A stretch of DNA of 64,000 nt. It comes from Raja brachyura. Its lineage: Eukaryota. The notes under the pieces are model-generated. The model had not been told where the DNA came from. It saw nothing but the letters and a program-made list of their open reading frames with translations, and did no database searches. Of this stretch, positions 1 to 12,435 are shown in pieces (the stretch's first letter is position 1; each line of letters starts with the position of its first letter). The DNA lies in contig OY740796.1 of the NCBI GenBank assembly GCA_963514005.1, positions 36,208,001-36,272,000 on the forward strand, written 5' to 3'. A program made the translations under genes and the position numbers.

Positions 1-250
1 TCAGACTCTTGAAGGGACCACTCATATGTCAAGCAGGTATTCTCAATCTTCCAGCCTACCTCATTGTAGCTCTTGTACAGATTTGATCACTTTGTAACTA
101 TATATTCTGCACTCTGCTTATTTTCTATGTACTTGTGTGTGGTATGAATACATTTATGTGTGCAACGATTTATCTGCGCAGCACGCAAAACAATGTTTTT
201 CACAGTATCTTGGTACACATGACAACAACAAAACAATACCAATACCAAAT
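1..250 (+). mobile_element. Decayed LINE 3' tail (Rex1/Babar-like)
   Basis: Tail motif tttcacagtatcttggtacacatgacaa followed by short caatac repeats resembles the other Rex1-type tails in the window. Confidence 0.4.
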
Positions 251-599
251 TTGTTATTGAATAGAAACCAGAGCATTGGAGTAAACAGATCTTTTCATTT
301 TAACAGGTTTTGACTCACAGGGCATCAAAGTGCTTGTTCTATTACCATCTACATTTATAATTTGGATGAGGGAATTTATATTGTCATCCTGCTGATGGTA
401 CCAAATTAGGTGGTATTTGGAGAATGGAAAAAGATGGAAAAGACTGAAGGAAGTAATTAGGAAGCTGTGTGTGTGGGTGAGAACATGGTAGATTGCAATA
501 TAAAGTATAAAACGTGTGGTTACTGAAGGCTTACACACAGGTCCTGCAGGCGATTAGGTGGTCAATTAGTCCGTTTGTCTTAATATGAAATGATCTAAG

Positions 600-1190
600 T
601 AGCATAGTATAGAAGAATTAGTGAAACTTGTATAGGATGTTGATAAGACTGCGCAGGGAACATTATGTACAGCCCTGTTCTCTTTACCCAAGAATTTCTT
701 TAGCATACATGGAGTGCAGTGAGAATTCACTTGATTGCTTCCAGGAACAGTGGATTTGCTACATGAGGAGATATTGAGAAGATTGTAACTGTACTCCCCA
801 GAATTTAGAAAAATGAAAGGACAGCTGAATGATTATTACAAAATTATACAGGCTCAATGGACAGGATGTTTCCTCTGGCTGAGGAGTCTTAAACCAGGGA
901 TCATAATCTCAGAATAAATAAGCTGTGCTTCGGAATAAGAAAACATTTATTCACTCAGGTGATGGCCATTCTTAACTCTGGTAGGAAGAGGAGGCGCAAT
1001 CAAATTCAGTCAAAAGTATGACATATCACTGACGTATAATGATATATATTGACATATCACCGGATTTTAAGAGAATCATGGGATATGGAAAAAGTCCACG
1101 AAACTGGTGCTGAAGTAAATGATCAGCCAGGCTTGAAACACTGGATGGCATACCCTTGCTTAAATTCATGCTTTTACCTGCTATTTTCAA
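600..1190 (+). mobile_element. Highly decayed CR1 LINE 3' fragment
   Basis: Degenerate match to the CR1 ORF2 C-terminal region (LVRPHLEYCVQ...LEFRR) seen more intact at 19466-20347. Confidence 0.6.
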
Positions 1191-1786
1191 TTAATAACAA
1201 ACATTTTTGCATTGGGCTATGCGAATCCCAATTTCTGAGAGGCTGTTCTCAATGGCTTTTCTGAAGTGGGATATGAGCATACAAATAACAGCGTCCATTA
1301 GTGTTAAAATGAGTCAGTTGTGAAACATAATTCCAGACTATTGTTGAAATTGGCCAAATATATTATCCACATGACTCTAACAGTCAGCAGACAAGACTAT
1401 CATCTCAGTAGTATGAATTAAAATTAAACTTTGGAAGCAGGCTAGAAATTTAACATTTGGTCCTCTTGACAAAATCATTGCTTTAGATCGTGAACAGTGG
1501 GGGTCAAGCATTGATCTCTCTGATATTGCTCAAGTCACAACATGCCAAACTGAAAAGATATGGCTGGAGTGTGGTGACATTTTGCCAACAACTTAGCAGG
1601 ATAATCTTAAATATACCAGTTCTCTGCCTGTAAAGTTACTGCAAGTAAGAATTTCATGTTCCAGTTCACATCACGTGCACATGCTAAATAAGCATTCTTG
1701 AATCCTTCCTCTTGAATATAACTCCCTGCGCTATCCCAACTGTATTTTGAGATTATTTTCAATAGAGAGAACAGTACAAGTACTTT

Positions 1787-1955
1787 GTTCAAGAAGAAAC
1801 TGCAGATGCTGGAAAATCAAAGGTAGACAAAAATGCTGGAGAAATTCAGCGGGTGCGGCAGCATCTATGGAGCGAAGGAAATAGGCAACGTTTCGGCCCG
1901 AAACGTTGCCGATTTCCTTTGCTCCATAGATGCTGCCGCACCTGCTGAGTTTCTC
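1787..1955. mobile_element. Penelope-like pLTR fold-back insertion with 15-bp TSD
   Basis: Inverted arms 1836-1896 and 1898-1958; direct repeat cagtacaagtacttt at 1772-1786 and 1956-1970; same sequence family as the tail after the GIY-YIG fragment at 59750-59848. Confidence 0.8.
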
Positions 1956-3726
1956 CAGTACAAGTACTTTTACATACATTATGATAAAAGGTGGCTGTTT
2001 AAAGTAAGAGTTGTGTAAACGTTTGACAGACCAGACTACTAATAAAACACAAACATGTTTTTCTATTGGGAAGGAGTGACAGACAGTTCCATTATACGCT
2101 GCCTGCCTTAATGAAAGTTGTTCTTGAATCAAACCTGACAAATCACTTGATTAAATCAACATGTTCTGAACTTCAGCCACAGCTTATTATTCCGCTCTCA
2201 TATTTTGTACATTAATCAGAGTTCTTCACAGTGGACTCTCAGCCACAGACTGTACATTTGAGGCACGGTCACCAAGAGGCAAGATTGTGTTCATTATATG
2301 GACCACTGCAACAAGCTATGTGGTATGAATGCATTGTTTATATCCTTCTTAATATTTCTCTAAGTGTTCTGTGATTACTGCTTTTCTCAAGAGGCAAGAA
2401 CCAACATAATTCCATTAAGAAAGTCTATATTTTTGAAGTATATTTATTCATTATAATAAATGCTAGCCTCCACAGCAATTTGTTGCTTTGTCACAATAGC
2501 AGTAACTAGCATTTCCGAAAAGAGTGCATACATATAGATTGAAATCCCACATTAGGCTTTTACAAAAGTTGGGCAGTGGTAGAGATGCATGAAATGGCCA
2601 CATATCTAGAATGTTGTGTTATCTTCGCTATTTCACATCTGCCAGTGGCCAAATCCAGAGCCTGGAGTTCAGCACAATTTGTGCTTAAAGAACCTAATTC
2701 ACCCATATTTGATCATGGGATTCTCAATCATATCTCATAACAATGTTTAAATTACCTCCTAGCCTGAAGAATTTCTGCTTGAATGTTTGCTACCAACGTT
2801 GCCATTGAACTTTATTACCGAGAGTGGCACTTAACTCCGGCCTGGGGAAGAGTTGCTTTACACGATTCAGGAAGATCATTTAAATTGGATATATATATAA
2901 TGAAACGTTAGCAGGCAATCAGTGGAATATTTATGTGTTGAAGGGAGAAACAGAATTAAGACTACCATGAGGCTTGTATATAGTTCAAATAGCAGCTATG
3001 GGTATCTCATGGGTGCTCAGTGTGGGTGGTAGTGTGCAATAACACAACAAAATAGATAAGCACATAACAAAAACAGTTTTAACGGGGAAATCTGTTTTAT
3101 GGGAAAATTTAACTTTCGTAATCATAGTGATAAGGAAAAGTACCTTGCATCACAAAAATAGCAACCACCATGAGTGTTTTCAAGTTAGTATTCTGCAATG
3201 ATGGGGGGGGGGTTGTTGAGACATAATAAATGTAGTACTAAGTGTGAGCCAGTTTTAAAATGCAGTTTAAGGCTGCATGAACACAATGACCAAAATACTA
3301 TTGCCTTTAATGCAATTTAAAATAAGTTGGATCCTAATACAACAGCCCAGACTTTGCAAATGTGGTAGAGAGAGATTGACACTGACAAATTCTTTTGAAT
3401 AACACTGCCCTTTACTACTTGAATCAAAATGCATTTTGTTGTGATGATGTGGGTCTTTCAACTGAATCATACTGGAGAGGAAATTAACGTTCTGAGGCCT
3501 GGTTACACACCTTTTTCCTGCTAAGATCCTGCAAGGGATCATATCAGTCTTCAGATTGAGGGAGGAAAGAAATGGGTGACATGCCTCTAATGCATTTCGT
3601 TGTCTCTGTACTGTACACTGACAATGATAATTAAAATTGAATCTGAATCTGAATCTTAGATCAGACATTCTCCATTCTAAGGCTATGTAGTCCAACTCAC
3701 TGCTAGAACTTGTTACTGTCACTTTT

Positions 3727-3985
3727 AGTTGTGAATTTAGATTAGACACAACATGGAAACAGGCCTTTCAGCTCACTGCGTACAGGCCGACCATCAATCA
3801 CCTGTTTATACTAATCTTATGTATCCCACTTTCTCATCCATTGCTTGCAAATTACGCGCAATTTTACAGAGGCCAATTAACCAACAAAACACAAGTCGTT
3901 AGGATGTGGGAGAAAACCAGAACACCCAGGGGAAACTCAGGCGGTCTCAGGGATACTGTGCAAAGTAAACACTATCAGCACCCAA
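3727..3985 (-). mobile_element. V-SINE (HE1-like) with CR1-type tail
   Basis: Reverse complement carries the tgggtgttctggttttctcccacatcc V-domain-like block and a gggcctgtttcc-type tail, as in the 38292 copy. Confidence 0.7.
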
Positions 3986-5139
3986 TTCAACACTATTCAG
4001 ATTTAGTTTATTATTAAAGTAATTTACTTCTGATTTATTATTTCCAGCCATAATGAAATACTTATAACTGGAAAAACTCTCATTCCTGGCATTATCAATA
4101 ACATCTTACTGCTTTCCCACAGTGTCTTAGACATCTCGAGCAAAGTAAGGTAATCATGAAAGTTAACATTAAACAATCACATTATTATTCAAGACTCATT
4201 TAAAATTGGGCATGTTCATTTTTTTTTCCTGGAGCACATCAACAATTGATAGGAATTTGTCATTTGTTTTGGTGTCAAAAACATAGATCAATGTATTAAG
4301 CTGCCATATAGCCATTACAATTTATGACAAATTCATTAATAATGTTTAAATGGCAATTAAAATGCATTATTTCTGTACAGCTGACTATTGTGTTGACTCG
4401 TTATTCAGATTGCATACTGTTGGGTAAAATACTGTTTATAAAACCCAATTACAACATACAATTTATTCAATAGAGGCACAAAGCGATGCAGAACGGAAAC
4501 AAATCTTTAGACCCAATTTGTCAAAGTTGGCCAAGTTGCCTAACTGAACTAGTCTCATGGTTGCCCATATTCTTCCAAACCTTTCCATGTACCTGCTAAA
4601 GTGTCATTTAAATGTTGTAATTGTAACCACCTCTACCACTTTCTCCGGCAGCTCATTCCAAGTATGCAATACCCAGTGTGGAAAAATTGCCCCTCGGGTC
4701 CCTGTTGAATCTTTTCCCTCTCAAATGCAGAGACTTCACATTACAACTACTACTTTGTGGTCAGGAGATAGAGTGCTGAATTGTGATTAGCTGCTTTCAG
4801 GCGTGGTGAAAGCCTCAGTAAGTGAACAACCGCCCCATCCCATATAATCCAATTTGCTCATGTCAATCTAACCACTAAGTGGTACTGGCATAACCACACG
4901 TGTACTGGAAGCAGTTGACCAAACAGTCCAGAGTGGACAATGTAACACATCATCCACGTAACATTCAGAAAGCATTGAGAGCTAAAGAAGAGCTAAAGTA
5001 CGTAATGTAAATGAAACCTTACATTAAAAAATGAGTTGATTCAATTATTGCTTATGTGGAGCTGGATAAATGATTGTAAGATCTGGAGCTCGTTTGGAAG
5101 TGCTAGTTTATGATAAATGAGACTGAGCACAATGCAATT

Positions 5140-6224
5140 GTCCCCTCGAAATTGATCGCCAAACTTGATGACCTGGACATCAACCCCTCCTCTGCGATTG
5201 GTTACTGGACTTTCCAACCAATAGACCACAGTCTGTTAGGTTGGATAACCACTCCTCTTCTACCCTCACCCTGAACACTGGCGTACCCCAGGGCTGCGTG
5301 CTCTAGTCCCTCTTCACCTACAACTGCATACCTGCACATGTTACCAACACCATCATCAAGTATGCAGATGACCACGACAGTGATTGGCCTCATCAGCGAC
5401 AACGGTGAGTCGGCCTACAGGGAGGACGTTCAGCTCCTAACAGCATGGTGTGCCGACAATAACCTGGCCCTCAACTCCAAGAAGACCAAGGAGCTCATTG
5501 TGGACTTCAGGAGATCGAGAGGCTGCATGCACAACCCCATCCATATCAACGGGACGGAGGTGGAACGTGTCTCCAGCTTCAGGTTCCTGGGGGTCAACAT
5601 CTCCGATGACCTCTCCTGGACCCACAACACATCCTCGCTGATCAAGAAGGCTCACCAGCGTCTTTTCTTCCTGAGGAGACGTAAGAAGGTCCACCCGTCT
5701 CCCCAGATTCTGGTGAACTTCTACCGCTGCACCATCGAGAGCATCCTTACCAACTGCATCACAGTATGGTTTGGTAACTGCTCCGTCGCCGAAAGCTCTG
5801 CAGAGGGTGGTGAAGATCGCCCAACACATCACAGGCTCCTCACTCTCCTCCATTGAGTCTGTCCATAGTAAACGATGCCTGTGCAGGGTGCACAGCATCG
5901 CCAGGGACAGCTCACACCCCAACCATAGACTGTTTACCCTCCTCCCATCCGGGAGACGCTACAGGTCCTTCCGCTGCCGTACCAGCAGGCTCAAGAACAG
6001 CTTCTTCCCTGCGGCTGTCACACTTCTCAACGCTGCACCTCAATGACTGCCTGTCTCCACCCACCCCGGACTATCCAATCACCAGCAAATTGCACGGATA
6101 CCACTGTATACGTATATGTACTACTTGTTTATTCGTAAGTTCGCCCTTCGGATATACCAACTGCATTTCGTTGACTCTGTATTGTACACTGCACAATGAC
6201 AATTAAAGATTGAATTGAATTGAA
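5140..6224 (+). mobile_element. Rex1/Babar LINE, 5'-truncated, frameshifted RT
   Basis: [13 protein letters not shown](T), LNSKKTKELIVDFRR, FRFLGVNISDDLSW, LLPSGRRYRS motifs; tail acaattaaaga(ttgaa)n. Confidence 0.92.
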
Positions 6225-6399
6225 CAGTTCTTTTCACTTCAGCCAAACATATAGGCGGCAATTCTGATCACATTCACTTGGGTTAAGATATGTTCAGAGG
6301 TCAGTTTCTTCTGGCAAACAATGACCTAAGAGTTTCCTCTTCCTTTTTCTTCAGGGGACTCACTTCACCTAAAACATGTATTGCTTTTATTTCAGATTT

Positions 6400-6910
6400 C
6401 CAGCATCTTAGTCGGCAAGAGGCTGTTTGTACGTCAACAAAAATTGAGATTTCAATGTTCATTAAATTATGTTGTACGCTACCCATTGAATTCACCAATT
6501 TTAGGTAACATGCAACCACCTTTTTTCCTTCCCCTCCTCTCCATGCCTGTATGTCCCACCTAGACTCAAACTCATTTCTCCCCTCGCTGCCTCCTCCAAC
6601 TCCTCCCTCCGACCTATATTATTCTCTCTGGCTTCACCATTCACTCTTCTTCTAACCTTATTGCACACCTTTTGTCTTTTCATTTCTGGCCTTTGTCGTC
6701 CTGACCTGTATCCACCTATCACTTGCCAGCCTTTGTCCTGCCCATTCTCTCTTCCGGCTTTCGTCTCCCCCCACCCACCATAGTCAGTCTGAAGAAGGGT
6801 CCTGACCTAAAACATTACCTATCATGTTCTTCAGACATGCTGCCAGACCCACTTAGTTATTCCTGCCCTTTGTCTTTTTTTGTAAACCGGCATCTGTAGA
6901 TCCTTTTGTG
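6400..6910 (+). mobile_element. Decayed Penelope-like 3' fragment with pLTR
   Basis: Pyrimidine-rich tract, then cagtctgaagaagggtcctgacc at about 6785-6807; colinear with 59600-59848. Confidence 0.65.
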
Positions 6911-7159
6911 GTAATTAGAAACTAGTCAATGTATTTTTTCAGCAAATTTGAGTCCATAATTAATAGTGTGACTGGATATTATGAAAACATTCAACTGATC
7001 AAAAGGCCACCATGTAATTATGAATAGATCATATCTGACTAACCTGATCAAATATTTTGAAATGGTGACATGGGAATATCTATGGACAGGATTTATAACA
7101 ATATTGACCCGTAAAGACTATTTAAGTGCCTCATAAAAGATCAGTTAATATTGTAGCAC

Positions 7160-8885
7160 ATATGATAGGAGCAGAATTAAGCCATTTGTCCCATCAAGTC
7201 TACTCCACCATTCAATCATGGCTGATCTAGCTCTCCCTCCTACCCCATTTTCCTGCCTTCTGCCCATAACCTCTGACTCGTATTAATCAAAAATCCATAC
7301 CTCTGCCTTAAATATATCCACTGACGGCCTCTACAGCCTTCTATGGCAAAGAATTCCACAGATTCACTATCTCTGATTAAATAAATTCCTCCTCATCTCC
7401 TTCATAAAAGAATGTCCTTTAATTCTGAGGTCATGACCTCAAGTCCTAGACTCTTCCACTAGTGGAAACATCCTCTCCACATCCACTCTATCCAAGCCTT
7501 TCATTATTCTGTAAATATCAATGAGGTCCCCTCTCATTCTTCTAAACTCCAGTGAATACAGGCCCAGTGCCATCAAACGCTCACCATATGTTAACCTACT
7601 CAATCCTAGGATCATTCTTATAAACCTCCTCTGAACCCTCTCCAGAGCCAGCACATGCTTCCTCAGATATGGTGCCCAAAATTGCTCACAATATTCCAAA
7701 TGCGGCCTGACCAGCACCTTATAGTAGCAATGTTACAAAATTTGGAGATTTTAAAAATCAAGTCTGCAATTTATTCCATCAGATAAAGCATAAAAAGAAG
7801 TTTAATTTGACACCTAATTCACTTTCATATCTTCAGTATTAAGAAAGTTATGACCATGTTCATACTTGGAAATTAGCATCTTGTTCCCCATTGCCTTTCA
7901 ATTGACTTAACTCAAAAGCTGTGATCTAGAACAGTTAAAAGCCCATAACTTTCTTAAAAATTAAGAGAACTCAATGAAATTTTCAGTTATTATAGATTGA
8001 AGCATTCTGAAACAAATATGAAACAATCTTACTCAGATGACCTGAAATTAAAGCATATAATTGGTTAGTTATCTAATTGTAGCTAATTACAAAATTCAAT
8101 GAGTAGATCTAAACATCTATCCATTTCTTAAGAAAAGATAAACTTTTTTTTAATTGCCTAAGTGTCGAATTGCCGAATTGCATAAATAATATTCACATAA
8201 TAATCCACAACATAACATAATTTTAAAATCTAATTTTCATGAATTTATAGGCCAAATGGAAGGAATTTAGTGTTTAATGCCTGTAAATTAATGGCCATTT
8301 AAATCAACTAGCGAGTGGGTTTTAGTGGAATGCGGTGGATTGGAACGTTGCGGTATGCGGTGAAGTCAGTATGAAAAATACAGCCGGTTCATACATTTTT
8401 TTGTCCCCTTTTCGCAACATGAAAATGTGATTAAAGCCTTCCCAAAAAACCAAGTTTTTATGTAAAAATAAACTGTGTAGCTTCTTTTATCGCCTACCTT
8501 AGGTCCGTTCCACTGTCACCATTCAGAGCTTTAGAAGATGATTTTTAAACTACTCTAGTTAATAAATAATCTAGTGTAGTTTAAAAATACCTTTATGAAT
8601 AAAATGTCGGAGCGATTTCTCTTTAGCGACGAAATCGCCCGACATGGATCGACTTGGACTGCCTAGAAAAAAGTCGGCATTTTAAACACGCCCCCCTCTG
8701 AAAGGCGCCAAAATCGCGCACACGGGGAGCGGCAGAACTGCAGCGCTGCTAAAGGTAGGTATTGTAACATACCTACTTATAGAGCCTCAGCATTACATCC
8801 CTGTTTTTGTACACAAGCTCTCGAAATAAATACTAGCATTGCATTTGCTTTCTTTACTACCGATTCGACTTGCAGGTTAACTTTT
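7160..8885 (-). mobile_element. CR1 LINE 3' fragment interrupted at 7725-8775 by a DNA transposon
   Basis: ORF 7439-7717 LVRPHLEYCEQFWAPYLRK...LEFRRMRGDLI; CR1 sequence resumes at 8776 (cttatagagcctcagcattacatcc). Confidence 0.9.
7725..8775 (-). mobile_element. Non-autonomous TIR DNA transposon, copy 1 (1051 bp, TAG..CTA ends, 7-bp TSD)
   Basis: TIRs TAGCAATGTTACAA / TTGTAACATACCTA; TSD cttatag at 7718-7724 and 8776-8782; homologous in reverse orientation to 61300-62853. Confidence 0.9.
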
Positions 8886-10636
8886 CTTTTATCAATTCAA
8901 TCAGAAAACATATTTTATCTGGTTACAGAGTTGGCTGGATGGCTAAAGACCGAGAGGACTTGGACCAAAGAGAAACAGAGTAGATGTTTCAAGTCAGAAG
9001 AAGTGCTCAGCAGAACTGTGAAAATTTAGAGGTAAAGTACAAAGAAAGGATCAAAATGGAACGCATGTAATAGTATGGAAGGCAGGAGAGTTTAAATGAG
9101 CGATGGGTGACAGTACAAAGTGAAAGGAAGTAAAATAAGACAAGGGACCCAATGGTCAGTCTAAAGCAGGTGCTAAAGAGCATATTTATGCAGAGTAACC
9201 AGAAGGCCATTTGGAAGATTAGTGTGCCTGGTTGTAGGAGGAGGTGCTGTTACATAGGCTTACATTGTGCTTAGCTGGAACAATGTATTAGGCTGAGGGC
9301 AAAGAGGTCACAATTAGAATGAAATGGAGAAGTAAAATGACTAGAGACCGCAAGTTTATGTTACACAAGTAGTGGCCTGTGAGGATTTGTGTTGATGCTG
9401 CAGCTACTCATCGCATTTATAAATATCCTGGTCGATGGGATAAAATATCATATAGTTGAGAATGCTGTATATCATTGTGTCAGATATGCAGATAAAGGCA
9501 TTACATGACAAAAATGTTATAAGAATAATCGAATCAATTCCAATTTAGGCAAATCTTACATCATTTGAGATCTATAAACAGCGTACCTCCTAAATATAAG
9601 AAAACAGAAGCATGGAGATTAGAGACACTTTGGGGTCCAGCTACATTGATAATGAGAATCAAATGAACAGGTACAGAAAATATTCAGAGAGGTACACAGA
9701 ACACAATAAATATCTGTGCACACAAATTATGCACAATTTGGAACTTTCATTTACAGATAAGAAATGACTCACATTTCAGATCATAGGTATATAGATAAAT
9801 AGATTCATACAGATTTGTCAATGAAGAGCACCAAGGGGTATGCGGCAAAGATGGGTGTCTCTGGGTTTAGCTATCAATTGGAGTTGTTTGGTAGGACAGG
9901 CTGGTGGATGAAAATATCTTTATGATGCTATACATGGCCGGATAATCTAATTAAATTGAAAAACAATGCCTAATTTGTTTCAATTAATTAATGGTACCTA
10001 ACCCACTAGGTTACTTCATTGATTGCATTTACTGTAATACAATTTGTGTCAATAAATTGAATGATTATTTTTTGGATATCTGATCTGAATGAAAGCTATG
10101 TGTCTTTTACAAACTCAATGCTTGGTATGGGCTACGCTGGCAAGGTTGCCATTCATTATCCAATGCATGATTTGCTTAGCCAGCACACGTCAGTACAGCA
10201 GATTTTTACAACAATCTGATGGATTCATAATTACTTTTACTGATACCAGTCTTTTATTACCATTTAAAAAAATGCAATCAAACAATTAAAGCAATTTAAA
10301 AGATTTTGGTGGTCGTAAATACATTAGTTGTTATCCTCAGTGGTCATCCTCAGTGGGGCAGATTGAGCATGGAGCAATTTATGATTAGAAGCCGAGTCAA
10401 CATAGTTTCATGAAGGGAAGAATGTATTTGATAAATCTGAAGACATTTTTGAGATTGTAACCAGTGGAGTAAAGGCAAAATTAGTGAACAAAATATATTA
10501 GAACTAACCAAGGCATGTGATAACATATTTCATTTAAAAGGTTGTGATGCAAAAAAAAAATTGCCTGAAAAGTGTATCGGTTAAAGTACAGAAAATATAG
10601 AAATAAACTGGTTGTTTCCAGGTTGGCAGAAATTTA

Positions 10637-10985
10637 TTGGATTCATTAGAGGTGGTCTTGGCGGGGAGCATCTTGGACAATACAACTCACCCCCTCCGTG
10701 ACACACTGGTCAACCTGAGGAGCACCTTCAGCAACAGACTGGATCCACCAAGATGCAGCACAGAACGCCACAGAAGATCTTTTTTCTCTGTGGCTATCAA
10801 ACTGTACAATTCCTCCCCCTTCTGTCGTGGGGTAGACTGACTACCCCCCCCCCCCCCCTCTCCCTCACCCTCGCCCAATCTTTGTGCATCCCCAATCCTG
10901 GACTTTAATTTCATGTATCTTGTTGTGTTTTATGACTGTTGGGAGACCAATTGCAGTCCTGGGATAAAGTTCTATCATATCGTAT
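10637..10985 (+). mobile_element. Rex1/Babar LINE 3' end, adjacent to old CR1 debris (about 10370-10636)
   Basis: SILDNTTHPL...PRCSTERHRRSFF..AIKLYN C-terminal motif and gggataaagttctatc tail. Confidence 0.75.
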
Positions 10986-12159
10986 TCACAGGAAACACAT
11001 CTGTGCTCTCATTGAAGCACACTTTATAACAGATGAAAGGTCAGAATGTTACACATTCAAGTTTGCTGATGAGGAAAGCCGGGTAAAAAATTCAATCAAT
11101 AATTCTTGCAGGATGGACTTTCTCAAAGGCAGTGCAGAGAGAAACCAGATAATGTGATTAGGAATTGAGAAAGCCAAGAGCAACGTTTCTGTTGCAATGT
11201 TATTTACGGCCATGCTGTGGCAAAACTGTTTTTTTCTCCTCACTCGCATGATGAGCAAAGACCGAGTTGACAGATGACACGTTATTATCTTGTCTTTCAG
11301 CCGAGGTCCAAGTTTTTCCAGATTTGATACAGGTGCAGTTCAGAACAGCTCATTCCTGTTTCAGATAATCACAGGCATTTTGAGTATTCCTACATTACAA
11401 TAGGTACGCTTGCAAAGGACTGTTCTATAAAGAACTTTGGGTGGTCATGAGGTTAGGCAGGTACTATATGAATGCAAATCCATCGACATTTATTTTTCCT
11501 ATTGTACATGTACAAATAATATTATTATTGAATGTATACAGACTTGATCCAGAGGCTCTTGGTTAAAGCAAGCTCATGTGCCAAAAATGCTCACTAAATC
11601 TTCAAGGCGAAGGAGATACAAGTGCTAAATGAAGAGATCTTTGAAAATTTTGGGGGCAAAACATCATTTTTTTCAGGCCAGTCACTTGGTACACGAACAT
11701 GCTGCAGACTTCGCAGTGGTCCAGGTTCAACCATGGCCTTTCAGTGGATACATTCCTATTTCCAGGTTCCTAAGGCAGTTACAAGGAAAATCTAAAAATT
11801 AAAAAGGGCTTTTGACTACATATTGACTGGAAAGGGTATTGACTACATATTTAATCATACTAGCATCCTCTCATTATTTCACTCGTTGCTAGATTAAGTG
11901 GGCTTGACTGGGGCCTGGAGAAGAATACGCACTACTCAGTAAATAAAATGAGTCCCTGAATGATCAAAAAAATGAGCCGGAAGATATTTAATAATGTATT
12001 ATTAATGTAATATCTTCCTTTCTCTTTGAACATGGATTAGAAATAAAAGGTGGATAAAGTAATTGCAACCTGCAGGTTTGGACATGCAACTCAGGAAATG
12101 AACAACCAAATGCTGCAAAGCAGAACAGCATTTTCTAAACAACACCAGTCACTGTGTGG

Positions 12160-12435
12160 GAAAGAACTGCCAATGCTGGTTTATATCGAAGATAAGACAC
12201 AAAATGTCGGTGTAACTCAGCAGGACAGGCAGCATCTCTGGAGGGAAGGAATGGGTGATGTTTCGGGTCGAGTTACCTGTCTGCAGCGGTCCTGCTGAGT
12301 TACTCCAATGTTTCGGGTCGAGACCCTTCATCAGATCAGTCTGAAGAAGGGGTTTGATGCAAAACGTCACCCATTCCTTCTCTCCAGAGATGCTGGCTGG
12401 CCCGCAGAGTTACTCCAGCATTTTGTGTCTATCAG
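12160..12435. mobile_element. Penelope-like pLTR fragments in head-to-head arrangement
   Basis: Minus-strand copies (12160-12272, 12307-12336) abut a plus-strand copy (12337-12435); the central junction is cttcatcagatcagtctgaagaag. Confidence 0.75.

Noticed and set aside
1731-2141. 136-aa and 61-aa ORFs with mirrored peptide
   Set aside because: Artefact of the pLTR palindrome.
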